Under the pieces are notes generated by a model. The model searched no databases. It was given only the letters and a program-made list of their open reading frames with translations, and was not told the DNA's origin. A stretch of DNA of 63,965 bases, the filler included, from Globobulimina sp. (Eukaryota), in assembly GCA_003354225.1 (NCBI GenBank). It is 30 parts of 30 records of this genome, joined end to end, with 100 filler letters (N's around TTAATTAATTAA, not from the genome) between each part and the next. Parts side by side here need not be neighbours in the genome. Positions count along the whole stretch, not along the records: positions 10,686 to 12,722 come from PIVH01009545.1; positions 12,823 to 14,858 come from PIVH01009546.1; positions 14,959 to 16,994 come from PIVH01009547.1; positions 17,095 to 19,130 come from PIVH01009548.1; positions 19,231 to 21,266 come from PIVH01009549.1; positions 21,367 to 23,402 come from PIVH01009550.1; 24 more parts are not named here. One strand, given 5' to 3'. Shown here one piece after another: positions 11,173 through 22,589 of the stretch. The stretch's first letter is position 1, and every line of letters begins with the position of its first letter. Made by a program: the position numbers and the translations under genes.

Positions 11173-12165
11173 ATCAACTACCTTTGATTGATATAACTCA
11201 AAGTTATCTACCTACATCATCTTAAAATAACTACTTGAACTCGGCGATTGCCTCATAAATACTGTCGATGCAACCACTATATCCAGAGTGACTTTTTGAA
11301 ATTGTGCCACAGAGTCTCTACTCTATCTAGTGATTTGTAGCAGGTAGCCCTGATGCAACCACTACTCTGCTGCATCGTAACGATGACACCTCTTGTTTTA
11401 AGAGTTATATCAAGAGTTTTTCTGCCGGATGCAAACGCAACAACCGAGTATAATCGACAGTAGTTACGAGGTAACCTAACCGCCTAGTTCAAGAGTCCTT
11501 CCTCCAAACGATCCAACCGCCGAGCTATATCAACACTAGTTGTCATGCAACAACGAAGTTATTTCCCAACACAGCAGCGCGGCGCAACCGTCAAATTGTA
11601 AGAAATGGATGCAACTACCTACAAGACAACTAAAGCCAAAAATGGAAAAGGACGGCATCATACCACAAACACAAGCTAACAGCCGGACTTAGAGAATATA
11701 AAATAAACGCATTGCCGACTTCCTGTGCAGGTTTAGGGTTGTCCCAGGAGAGTAGAACAATTTGACCTTATATCGCGGAAGATCTCAACGGGACGCCCCA
11801 AGGATAATTTCAGAAATTCAAATGAGCCTACCTAAGAGCGTGAATAAATTTACGATGAGAATGTCTCTTTAGAGCGGCCTAAAAGTCATAAGTAAACTGG
11901 GCCCCAAATCAACAATGGGCCGACGTTGAAAAACCGAACGGATTGCAGGCTTTTATTGTGGGAGCGAGCACTATATATGATCCCGCATTGTGGGAGATAT
12001 CTACACAAATTACACAATTACTTGAATCAACTACCCTTGATATAACTCATAGTTATCTACCTAACCTACATCATCTTAAAATAACTACTTGAACTCGGCG
12101 GTTGCCTAGCATAAATACTGTCGATGCAACCACTAAGTTATTATATCCAGCCAGAGTGACTTTTT
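11173..12165. repeat. Degenerate ~130-bp direct repeat (11173-11297 and 12026-12165) with dispersed GATGCAAC motifs
   Basis: ATCAACTACC...CATCATCTTAAAATAACTACTTGAACTCGGCG...GTCGATGCAACCACTA...CCAGAGTGACTTTTT is present twice, with indels. Confidence 0.85.
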
Positions 12166-12822
12166 AAAGCCTCTTTATTGTAACCCAACCAATCATGATT
12201 CTGTAAATAATTGCATGCACACAGCGATATATTACCGTTTGTACATATCTTTCTTTACGGGTTACTGTGGATCGGAGAGAAATTGTGGGTAGGCTTATGG
12301 GAAAAAAATAAACTTTATACTAGGTAAAGTCGAAAAGTGCATTTTTATCAAAATTAACATTTGTTTTAAATAGGAATGTTGCAAAATACAGAACATATTA
12401 ATAACAACAATGTAATGGAATAACAATGTTATACATATATCAAAACTTTCTTTTGGAGGGACAATTATCGTTTTGGCCACGGTCTCCTGCATACAGTACA
12501 AACGCCATCTCGTCTTGTCAGTAGCCATCGATACATACACTACAAAAAATTTAAGGTCTACAAAGTTGCGCAGTCGTTTATTTTAAAAGTGATGTAGCAG
12601 CATAATAATCTGCTACTGAAACGATGCCTTAAACTGTAGTAACATAATATGTTTTACATTACTGTGTTACGTATGGTAGGAGGTAATTTGTGTTGAATAA
12701 ATGTACTTACGTTGATATGATANNNNNNNNNNNNNNNNNNNNNNNNNNNNNNNNNNNNNNNNNNNNTTAATTAATTAANNNNNNNNNNNNNNNNNNNNNN
12801 NNNNNNNNNNNNNNNNNNNNNN

Positions 12823-13335
12823 CAAATGGCCGACTGCCGCAGAACAATATGTGACAAACATAATGGTTATGGATACATTGCCAATGCTTATGGACCACAA
12901 CAATGATATTATTAAAGTGGTAATTATTTGAAAAATGATCAAGGCATACATCAAATATCTGTATGAATTATATGATGGTTTATATGTATTTATAATTAGA
13001 TAATAAATTGGTATTATTGTTGCCATGGATATGGCGCCGCTCAATGACATTCTTGCAGCGATTTTAAACGATTCAGGTTGGTGTTGTTGGAAATAGGGAA
13101 CCTGAATAAACATCGCATCCAATAACATCCAACTTGGTCCCAACGAAAATATAATGAATAAGATTTGATGAGAAATGGATAAATGCATTGTGATTTTGCC
13201 ATCGTTATCTTTGTAGGTATTCGTTTCAGTTTTGTTTTGTATTTCGTTTGATATTCTTAAGTCTTGCATTTCTATGTTGTCTGACGGACTGTGCTCGTGT
13301 TGATCGGCGACAGTTTCTGGGGGTTGAGTTTCCAT
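12823..13335 (-). CDS. SLC52/riboflavin transporter-like membrane protein, 3' partial
   Basis: FSLGPSWMLLDAMFIQVPYFQQHQPESFKIAARMS resembles the SLC52 N-terminus (FGxGSW...ELP...PEGW); several TM helices follow. Confidence 0.6.
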
Positions 13336-13436
13336 TATGTTGAAGTTTACTACTAAGAGGTTTTCGTATTTTCTTGAATGAAAACTAAACAAGTCAATCT
13401 CGTCTACGTTGGTTAATCTCGTCCACCATTCAACTA

Positions 13437-14650
13437 ATGAGCATCTCAGGCACAGCAGACACCTCTGATCCAGAGAATGGTATCTTTGTACAGGTAGCCA
13501 CTCCAAGACCTAGACCTAAAAGTACATCCCAGCAAATCCCATCTGATGAGGACACAGATAGTGATTACGACGATGTATATACCAACGGCATCCCCAGAAA
13601 TAATAAATCTGCCAAATCTAAAAACAAAAAACAAAAGTCACAATACGCGCCATTGGACAAACATAAAAAACAAATGAAAATATATATCATTGCTACTGTA
13701 TTATGTGTCGCCATTATAGCCTTATTATTAGTTTTCATGATTGATATTTTGTTTACAGACTCAAATAATTCAACTTCAATCACAAATGCACCATACAATA
13801 TAAACACCACTACAAGTTACAAAATACATTCGTATACAAATAATACATCCATCAAATAACATATATACAGATCTAGAATCACCAACATATATTCCCACTT
13901 ATTTGCCTTCATCCCATCCCAGCTTAGGCCCTGCAATATTTCCCACTATGTTCCCTTCACAAAACCCTTCTACAAATCCCAGCCATTCCCCTTCATTTAT
14001 CCCCACTGCAACTCCGACCTATACACCGTCACAAAACCCCTCTACAAACCCTACAAAATTGCCTACCAAAAAGCCCACAGTTACACCAACACAAACTCCC
14101 TCCATAAATCCCTCCACATCGCCCAGTCATAATCCAAGCCGTTCCCCCACAACAAATCCAAGTGTATCACCCAGCACCATCCCTTCACAAACACCCACAA
14201 ACAATCCGAGCCTGCCACCCACCCAAAATCCAACCATCTCTACAGCAACACCCTCCGTATCACCAACACCATCACCAAGTATAAATATACATACTTTGTA
14301 ACTACTTTTACTTTCGTTTGTAAACACACACAAATTAATTACAGTTACTATGATACTTCAGCGTGGAAACGATATCTACGACCAAGACATCACTATGAAT
14401 TTCCCAGAAAACGCGTTTCCAGATTCCATATTAACTATAAATATCGGACAAGCCGCACCTACCACGCAACAGATATTTGACGACACCACCACTGCCTTTA
14501 AGGCAATGAGCGTACATAATATCACTAACAACGCCATACATTTTAGTGTAGAACATAACCCGTTACAGCTTGCGGCCAATATAAGCTACAAAACCACCAT
14601 ACCAATCCCTGCAGATTTATTGCGACAATGTCCAAGTCATTATGGCTATG
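13437..14650 (+). CDS. Type II membrane protein with a Pro/Thr/Ser mucin-like stalk (introns near 13832-13870 and 14279-14344)
   Basis: Single TM (IYIIATVLCVAIIALLLVFMI), xPS/xPT repeats, GT-AG introns. The 3' end probably breaks at a chimeric junction. Confidence 0.6.
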
Positions 14651-14858
14651 AAATATTTACGCAAATATGGTACGTATACAATCGAACCGATGGGGATCTC
14701 ATTTTTATCTGTTGCAAATGTGTTTGGATCACCATATTTGCCTGTGCCTTCATACGCTTCATCATCCCAGCCATACGATGTGCACCAACCTGTATGATTC
14801 ACTGGTTTTTGACCATTAACACCCGCAAATATAACCAACGCTATCAAAAGTACAATTT
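14617..14858 (-). CDS. Secreted 3D/DPBB-like domain protein fragment
   Basis: Signal-like stretch followed by TSYGWDD...GTGKYGDPNTFAT...IPIGSIVYVPYLRKYFI, then abrupt loss of similarity. Confidence 0.55.
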
Positions 14859-14958
14859 NNNNNNNNNNNNNNNNNNNNNNNNNNNNNNNNNNNNNNNNNN
14901 NNTTAATTAATTAANNNNNNNNNNNNNNNNNNNNNNNNNNNNNNNNNNNNNNNNNNNN

Positions 14959-15318
14959 AAAATGACCTGTAGGCGGTAACTTGATGTAATAAAGCTCTGT
15001 ATAGGTCAACCCATCCCTTCCAGTTAGATTATTTACTATTGAATCAATTTGATTTTTATGGTTGAATACTCCATTTTTGTCATTGAAACAAAATCTTTTA
15101 AATGAAACTGCGCTCGAATCTCCGCTTGGATGCACATACAAAACCATCACATCACCTTTATTTCTATTTGTTTCGGAATCAATTTCCTTATCTGCACATT
15201 TCGAAAACACATTTATTGCAGATGGATTGCTTAAATAAAAATAGCATGCTCGGCTCCTTTGTGCCAAAATAGCACCAGAAATAAGCAATAATACCAATAT
15301 TATTTTTAATCTAAACAT
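14959..15318 (-). CDS. Secreted hypothetical protein (Bacteroidetes-like signal peptide), 3' partial
   Basis: MFRLKIILVLLLISGAILAQ; starts 2 nt after the previous stop. Confidence 0.7.
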
Positions 15319-15320
15319 AA

Positions 15321-16265
15321 TTATTCCGCTTCCTTTCTGTAATAATTAACATATTTCCTCTTAATATAATCAACGGTTATTGTTGCTATATTATCCCTTC
15401 CAAATAACCAGTTATCATCCCTTCCTGATTCCGTTATATAGTCATACGTATAAGTTCCATTTGCGGTTATACTTAAAGATGGACTAAAACCATCATACGG
15501 TAGTAATATATTAACAGTGTTGATTGTCACATTTGAAGCTGTAACGCATATAGAATAAAGGGCAGGAGCTTCCCAAAAATTAAGTTTTCTAACATAACTA
15601 GTACCTCCGCCTCCTGGAAATGTAATTACATTATCACTAACAATAGCTGAACCAACAATTAAATCGTATGGTTCATATTTATCCTCGCTTAAATATGTTG
15701 GTAATATCCAACAATATTTTCTAATTTTAAGCGTATCTGAAACTTGCGTATTTGAGAAAAAGAAAAACCTTTCCATCTTCTCACCACCATTAAAGTAGTT
15801 GAATCTAGCAAAACACCTATTACTATCAGTTAGTAATTGTTCCTCTAATCTTCTATAATGTAGCTCATAGACTTTCCAGTGATAAGGGTTTGATACATCT
15901 TCATAATAAAATGGATAATCCCAGTTTTCTGCATGACCTCCAGCATTGCCATAATAATTATTTTTATTCCAGAAGGCTGTATCTCCAGCGTTTTCCATGT
16001 CCAGCAATACGGAGCTATCCAATTGCCCATTTACAACAGCCCCTTCAACAATCTTTATGTAGGTAGCCGAATCAGCAGAGTTTATTAATATACTATCTGA
16101 GCTGCCACCTAACCAACTATTTAAGCATGTGTCTATTTCGCTTATGTTTACCAGCCTAATTAAATTAGTTCCGCTCCTAACTAGGCTATCATTTAAGCGC
16201 ATAAGCTCTTGACCTTGCAGGTTGAGGGTTAAGAAAAATAGTAATATGTATGTTAGTTTTTTCAT
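15321..16265 (-). CDS. Secreted hypothetical protein (Bacteroidetes-like signal peptide)
   Basis: MKKLTYILLFFLTLNLQGQ; start overlaps the upstream stop. Confidence 0.8.
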   Translation of the reverse strand: MKKLTYILLFFLTLNLQGQELMRLNDSLVRSGTNLIRLVNISEIDTCLNSWLGGSSDSILINSADSATYIKIVEGAVVNGQLDSSVLLDMENAGDTAFWNKNNYYGNAGGHAENWDYPFYYEDVSNPYHWKVYELHYRRLEEQLLTDSNRCFARFNYFNGGEKMERFFFFSNTQVSDTLKIRKYCWILPTYLSEDKYEPYDLIVGSAIVSDNVITFPGGGGTSYVRKLNFWEAPALYSICVTASNVTINTVNILLPYDGFSPSLSITANGTYTYDYITESGRDDNWLFGRDNIATITVDYIKRKYVNYYRKEAE

Positions 16266-16994
16266 TTATTATAATTTTCGGAAGTGGCAGCCTCCACAAC
16301 CTCTATATAGGTCTTTGTTATTGTCACATCTGTATTAGAAGCATCTGAAGATACCACGAATTTCAATTGATCATTATTTTGTACCCATTTTGAAAATTTA
16401 TGTGTAACGCTTTTTGTTTCACCAATGCCTATTGATGCTGATTTTTGCGAATTTAAAAACGCACTCCCGTTGTCTGAAAAACCAAATGTAATCTCGCTTG
16501 ATTTATTAGCAGAAACAGAAGTTGTATATAAGACTCTAATATATATACTATCTACCTGAGGTCTGTCAATCATCAATGTGTCTACATCGAAATCTACGCC
16601 CCTTGATAGGGTGTTATCAAATGCTCCTTTAGCATAATAGTAAGTGCCTATTGTTACACATGACGTCACCCCCGTTGTTCCAGAAGGAATGTTAGCATCT
16701 GCATTAACAGCGTCTAATGATATTATTGACTTTTGCACTTCTAAATTACCAGTTACTTTCGTTGTGTCAGTGTCTATTATTATGTTATTACTTGATTGTA
16801 TAGTATCTGTTATTATTATTGTACCATTTTTAAAAATTTGGAAAGCATTACTTCTTGCCCCAGAATTTAATCCATTTCCAATAGTAAATATAGGGTCGGT
16901 TGCAACCCATGAACCTTGTGTTCCAGTGCCTATTATATTATATCGACCGAATGCAACCTCGCAATAATCATGTGCTTCAGTATTCGTCCCAGCA
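16262..16994 (-). CDS. Adhesin/tail-fibre-like protein with a YadA-head-associated motif, 5' partial
   Basis: Frame is open to the contig end: AFGRYNIIG...ATDPIFTIGNGLNSGARSNAFQIFKNG, a motif common in Bacteroidetes and phage fibres. Confidence 0.65.
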
Positions 16995-17094
16995 NNNNNN
17001 NNNNNNNNNNNNNNNNNNNNNNNNNNNNNNNNNNNNNNTTAATTAATTAANNNNNNNNNNNNNNNNNNNNNNNNNNNNNNNNNNNNNNNNNNNN

Positions 17095-17322
17095 GATATT
17101 GCGGAGTATGGTGATGGGAATTGCTTTGTTTTAGAGGCCGTCGTCCAGGATGAGACAATGGACGATTTTGAGGTGATGGATGAATTTGAAATTACAAATG
17201 AAATTAATGAATATCGGCGCGTGTCGAAATTAAGAGGACAGTCAATATCTATTTGGTCGGGCTCTGATGATATGGATGATGGTGGCGGGCAGTATGAATG
17301 TGTGGATATTGCAATTGATTAA
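17095..17322 (+). CDS. 3' end of an acidic hypothetical protein
   Basis: Open frame DIAEYGDG...VDIAID* from the contig start. Confidence 0.5.
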   Translation, partial: DIAEYGDGNCFVLEAVVQDETMDDFEVMDEFEITNEINEYRRVSKLRGQSISIWSGSDDMDDGGGQYECVDIAID

Positions 17323-17563
17323 GTTATAGAAACATTAAAATGCAATTTGGAGGAGGACTAGTAATCAACTTCCAAATGCATTGATAAGTAATGTATGACA
17401 TATTAATATTTTATTTTTTCATCAATGATATTTTCTTTTTTGAATGTTTCGCACAAGATTTTTATTATTTTTTTCCAGTTTATTTTACTTCAAATGTTTT
17501 TCTTGCAACACAAAATTCAGAAATCAACGCAAAACACATTACAAAACATATGCAATTATTGGT

Positions 17564-18301
17564 TTAATAAACATGAAAAACCTCATAATCGTATCCGTAG
17601 CCCTTGTCCTGATCACATGCTGGTATAATATCAATTAATGAACTGTGATCGAAGTGCAATTGTGTAAAGCAAGGTCCTCTCGACGAGGAATGGCAAACAT
17701 GGGTTGCTGCAGTCACGTTTGTATTCCAGCACAAATGTTGTTTTTCATCCAGCTTCTGCTCAAACACAAATGTAAATGCTTTATTATCTTTATGTTTGCC
17801 ACCGTATTGAGTCCATGGAATACAACTATAGCCACCTTTGTGTGAGCTATAATTACCACCATAGATTGTAATGGTTGGACCAATGTCATCGCATTTGGAA
17901 TGGAAAGTATATGCACTCCATCCATCACGAGATGCTCTGTACAATAATTTGAGTTTCCAATTTGATTTATTTACTCGAACATTTTCGTACATTGTTGATG
18001 CATTAGTATTGACCTTAGATATTTTGTCATCCATCATATTGAACAATGCATCCATTTCATCTCTATTTAAAATAACTGTATCAATCCCATCTTTACAAAC
18101 ATAATCAAATATCATTTCTTTGATATTTAATGGAACAATGATGTTTGAAAATTTCTCATTAAGCTCAATGTATTTTCGAATCCAATATATCACCACATAT
18201 TCAGTCCCAAAATGTGATGAAAATGATTTTACGGTATCTTTTACAGGCAATGGATCATGTTGAAATGCTCTTGTTTCACAAAGACCTGCACAAATACCCA
18301 T
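17564..18301 (-). CDS. TLDc domain protein (MG start, possible myristoylation)
   Basis: LKLLYRASRDGWSAYTFHSKCDDIGPTITI, GGYSCIPW, DNKAFTF, GPCF, YEVF. Confidence 0.9.
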   Translation of the reverse strand: MGICAGLCETRAFQHDPLPVKDTVKSFSSHFGTEYVVIYWIRKYIELNEKFSNIIVPLNIKEMIFDYVCKDGIDTVILNRDEMDALFNMMDDKISKVNTNASTMYENVRVNKSNWKLKLLYRASRDGWSAYTFHSKCDDIGPTITIYGGNYSSHKGGYSCIPWTQYGGKHKDNKAFTFVFEQKLDEKQHLCWNTNVTAATHVCHSSSRGPCFTQLHFDHSSLIDIIPACDQDKGYGYDYEVFHVY

Positions 18302-18360
18302 CGAGGTAGTAAGGTAGATATAGTAAGTACGTTTTTTGGACATAGTAAGTAAGGTGGATA

Positions 18361-18990
18361 ATGTCGTCGACCTTTTCTCGTAAGCAGAAGTTTTATTTAG
18401 CTGTTATGCAAGGAATTGCCCCAATGATTTTGGATGGAGCGATGAATGGCGGAATTGCGTGGGCACAGTACCACAAAAGTGATGAGTTGAGCCTGTGGTC
18501 TATGCCAAGTCCATTAGCCGGCGATATTTTTGTTACTACAGTGATTCAGAGTGTGTTAACGTGGATTTTTGTTGGCATGTTTGTGAGAAGGGATATAAGG
18601 AAAAGTAATATTGAACCTATTGCTGGGAAACCTATTCCGACACAGAATGGATGTGCTGTATTAATATTTCATTGGATCTTTAAAAATATGGAGCAAATCC
18701 GTCTGATTCCAGTCAACCGAAAGAAAACTGTGGTTGTTATCAAAAGTCTGATATTGTATACGTTGTTGGGATGCATTTTGTTTGCAATCCCAAGTCTTCT
18801 CTCATTGGTAGTGATTCAGTTCACTTTCGACGGTATTGATGATGAACTTGATTGGAGAGATATTGTTTACGTGAAAATATGTTATGGAGGTTTGATGGGT
18901 TTATGTATGACACCGATAGCTGCTGTTTTTGCGCTGTATAAGAGTCCGAAACAAATTATTGAAGAGGCAAAGATGATTGAAGTAATTTGA
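18361..18990 (+). CDS. 4-TM membrane protein of unknown function
   Basis: Four hydrophobic helices with an LAGDIFVT..IQSVLTW motif; divergent from the TLDc gene. Confidence 0.75.
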   Translation: MSSTFSRKQKFYLAVMQGIAPMILDGAMNGGIAWAQYHKSDELSLWSMPSPLAGDIFVTTVIQSVLTWIFVGMFVRRDIRKSNIEPIAGKPIPTQNGCAVLIFHWIFKNMEQIRLIPVNRKKTVVVIKSLILYTLLGCILFAIPSLLSLVVIQFTFDGIDDELDWRDIVYVKICYGGLMGLCMTPIAAVFALYKSPKQIIEEAKMIEVI

Positions 18991-19230
18991 AGACAATACA
19001 AATTCTGATATTTAATTCTTTATATGATACAAGACGGAGAAAATAAATCCGTAATTTTCCAATCTAAAATATCCGAATATATAATAGATGTAAATAAGTG
19101 ACTAACTTGTTTTTTTTTTTTAATGGAACANNNNNNNNNNNNNNNNNNNNNNNNNNNNNNNNNNNNNNNNNNNNTTAATTAATTAANNNNNNNNNNNNNN
19201 NNNNNNNNNNNNNNNNNNNNNNNNNNNNNN

Positions 19231-19779
19231 TAATTTAGCTCTTAATGCGACAGCTTTTGCGAACATTAATTTTCCTCTCATTTTAGCCACAGCGGCTTCG
19301 GCTTGCCGCCGGGTATCGCCTTTTGGATCCACGCGAATATGACAGTCTTTCATGGCAGCGGAGATCCTATCGGCTGGATGGGGCAATTTTGTTTTTGGAT
19401 CTACGTAATTCTTGTTTACAAAATGCACAATTTCAGCGGTTTTTTGCTCCACAAATTGTTTTCTTTCTTGTTTGGTGTATTGTAGTTCGCCTTCGTTGAT
19501 GATGCGTTCACAGCATTTCATCATATCTTCAGTGCCAAACACATCGCCGAAATCGCGGGGATTGGCTATATCGCCGCGGGTGGAATTGGTGAATATTTGA
19601 TCCACCATTAAGACTTTATTGAATCCAATTTTACCGTCACGATATTGTAAGGCAGTGCCTTGATTCGTGATCACTTCGAATTTATGTTTGCCTTTGGTGA
19701 ATCTTATTATTTGACCGTGGCGAGCAGAGCCACTGTGGCTGCCTCTCTGTCCCGATCCTTTGCCTGCCCTGAATGCCAT
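19231..19779 (-). CDS. SBDS: Ribosome maturation factor SBDS/Sdo1, 3' partial
   Basis: KHKFEVI, VLMVDQIFTN, VFGTED, GELQYT..ERK, VDPKTKLPHP..RI. Confidence 0.92.
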
Positions 19780-19974
19780 TTCTAATTTTTATCGTAGATG
19801 TACAAAATTGTTTAGTAAGGTTACTTCAGTTAATGGCAAGCATTTTGATCAACTCCTATCGTTATATCATATGTACGCAAGCCAAAAAAGTTAAATGGTA
19901 AAGTAATATAAAAATCAAATATACAGTATATGTGCGAGGAATAGCAATGTTAAGTTAAAATACTTTCAAGTTCT

Positions 19975-20748
19975 TTAGTGTGGAATTACAAGCCACAGAA
20001 TCAAGAAGAATGCTTGAACTCCTATGGCAGCTGCAGCAGAATAAAATATATATTCGTTTGGTATCTTATCAAATGTGAAATAACTCATGAAACCCTTGTC
20101 CATGGCCTCCGCAGTTAGTCCAAATCCAACAACATTCTCATCCAACTTGTCATTATCAGCACTTTGCTGTGTTGTTGTATCCTTAGGTCCATTGCATAAA
20201 ATCACAGCACAACCATCAGTAACACATTTCGCCTCATATATATATCCAGGCGCTCCTCCTTTGCCAGGCCATAACCATACACAGTCCGCATCATTTGAAT
20301 ACAACGCGACATTGAATCTATAATTTTCATTATCCGGCTCGGCAGGCTCCCAAAATCCACTACATAAATCCTCTCCGGATGTGCAACAGGAACCGTCCGC
20401 CCACTCAAATGTCCCTTCAACAGCACGGTCATTGAGGCCAATCCAGGCCCCAATCGCATTACCATTCAAACCACCAATTGCTTTTTCTGCTGCAGTCAAA
20501 TCTTCCTTTGTTGATTGCCAAAATGAGTTTTTGTTGACAAATAATATATACAATAATACTTGTGTTAGGATGGTGGCGAGATCAGTTCCATATTTATCTT
20601 TGCATTGTTGACGTGCTGCATCGAAGCCATCGCATGATTTTGTTCTAACATATTGTTGTGGATTGTATGTACCTCTGGCCTCACATTCATTTGTGCCATT
20701 GCATAATAATAATCTGGTGATTGAAAACAGTAATACAATTGTTATCAT
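19975..20748 (-). CDS. C-type lectin domain membrane protein (probable in-frame intron 20506-20559)
   Basis: Signal peptide, AR..C...DLATI, AWIGLND..EGTFEWADG, WEPAEPD, DCV, C-terminal TM. Confidence 0.88.
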   Translation of the reverse strand: MITIVLLFSITRLLLCNGTNECEARGTYNPQQYVRTKSCDGFDAARQQCKDKYGTDLATILTQVLLYILFVNKNSFWQSTKEDLTAAEKAIGGLNGNAIGAWIGLNDRAVEGTFEWADGSCCTSGEDLCSGFWEPAEPDNENYRFNVALYSNDADCVWLWPGKGGAPGYIYEAKCVTDGCAVILCNGPKDTTTQQSADNDKLDENVVGFGLTAEAMDKGFMSYFTFDKIPNEYIFYSAAAAIGVQAFFLILWLVIPH

Positions 20749-20828
20749 ATTGTGGAGTTGCATGAAGAGGCAATGGTTCAATCTGTAAAAACTGCCGTAC
20801 ACTTTACTACAATTTTCCATCACTGATC

Positions 20829-21266
20829 ATGGAGGACGCTTCCATAATAATAAACAATAATCATCCGTCAAACAAGAATGATGATAATGACGGCTGGACG
20901 TTGGTCAATATCCCAACAGAATTATCAACCAAAGCAGCAAAATCAGAAAGTAGCAGCAAAAATATCATTAAAATCCCAATTAACATTAAAGGAAATTGGA
21001 ATACTTCCAAGCAATTCAATGACAAATTTCACGTTTATGCGTTGTACAAGAAAAATGAAAAATTAATGAACATTTATGATGTAATAATTACATACCTCAA
21101 CAAAAAACATTATCCAATCAATTTAATATTTTATCAAAATTCAGACAAAAAATCATTTACTAATTATGATATATGGTTTGATGAAGGATATGATTTCATA
21201 AAAAATAAGTCCTTCACGCATAATACAATAAAAAGTATTAAAAAAGACGGGTTGAAGATAGAAATT
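20829..21266 (+). CDS. Hypothetical protein, 3' partial
   Basis: Open frame running to the contig end. Confidence 0.5.
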
Positions 21267-21513
21267 NNNNNNNNNNNNNNNNNNNNNNNNNNNNNNNNNN
21301 NNNNNNNNNNTTAATTAATTAANNNNNNNNNNNNNNNNNNNNNNNNNNNNNNNNNNNNNNNNNNNNGATCTATGTGATCTATGCTCTCACTGTGATTTCA
21401 CATAGTCAGATCACAGTCAGATCATAGTCAGATCATAGAGCATAGAGATCACAGTGAGATCATGATGTGTCGATCTATGAATTCATGTGAAAGATGTTTG
21501 TATATATAATTAA

Positions 21514-22348
21514 CTCCATTTTCGTCTTTGTGATTTTTGCCCGCCAACATCAATAACATTAAACCAATCCTTTTCAACTTGAAACTGTATTTCATGTAAA
21601 CCTTTTTATTCAAATACAATACAGAATTAATATAACAACAAACCACAATGTACTGTACATTTATAATTAGAATACCTGTAGTTTGCAGTCGGCATAACAT
21701 TATGTCTTGTTTACTCGGTAAATATTCAGATTCTTGGATCTCAGGTAATTTATCCCAAAAATGAGCAGATGAGGTCACAATTTTGGTAATATTTCGTTTG
21801 TTATAAATTTCTTTCATCACAGGTTCATTCCATAATGATTGTACCGATGATATTATTTCTTTTAAATCATCCAATGACTGGTTATAACAATGTTTGTTAA
21901 AGGAATAACTCATTAATTTATTGGCTGATTCCATATTACTGATTGCTTTCGATTCTAATGTAAAATTATCAAATATTAATAATTCATCATATTCGCCATA
22001 CTCCATATCATTTTCGTTGTTGTTTTCCTTTTTCTCTTTCTCTCGCTGCTGCTGTCTATGATGCCAATCGATATAAACATGCAATGCGGTTTTCATTTCA
22101 TTGATGATTTGCGAATAAATATGCGGTAGAAATGCTTTCTTGTCCTCGGCTTTAAATCCTCCGCCATGTATTTGTCGCAATTGTTTGAACACTGTGGATT
22201 TGCCAGTTCCACCACTTCCTAAAAATAAGATTTTTTTTAATTTTAAAACATCGCCTTTATCCTTCCCTAATTCACTGGTAATGAGTCCAGATAAGTTTCG
22301 CTCATCAACGGTGCCATAGAAACCATCACCTGAGGAACAACAACCCAT
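21514..22348 (-). CDS. Heterotrimeric G-protein alpha subunit, intron-containing, 3' partial
   Basis: MGCC, KILFLGSGGTGKSTVFKQL, YLPSKQDIMLCRLQTTG | intron | LHEIQF...IDVGGQKSQRRKW. Confidence 0.93.
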
Positions 22349-22589
22349 GATCCCACTCTAAGTTTTTGAAAGGTTTTTACTGAAAGAAATTAGTAAGTTA
22401 CAAAAGATTATCTTTTTGTACTTATTTGTTTGTCGCATACTGGCATTCGTCTCATCTGAGCTAGCATCAGTTTTCAACAAAAAGTGAAAGATAAAAAGCA
22501 TTTTGCAACCGATATAAAAAATAGTTTAAAACACTTGAAAACCCTCAGAAAGTAGAAATCAATGGTTTGAATTCACTCATATCTACACT

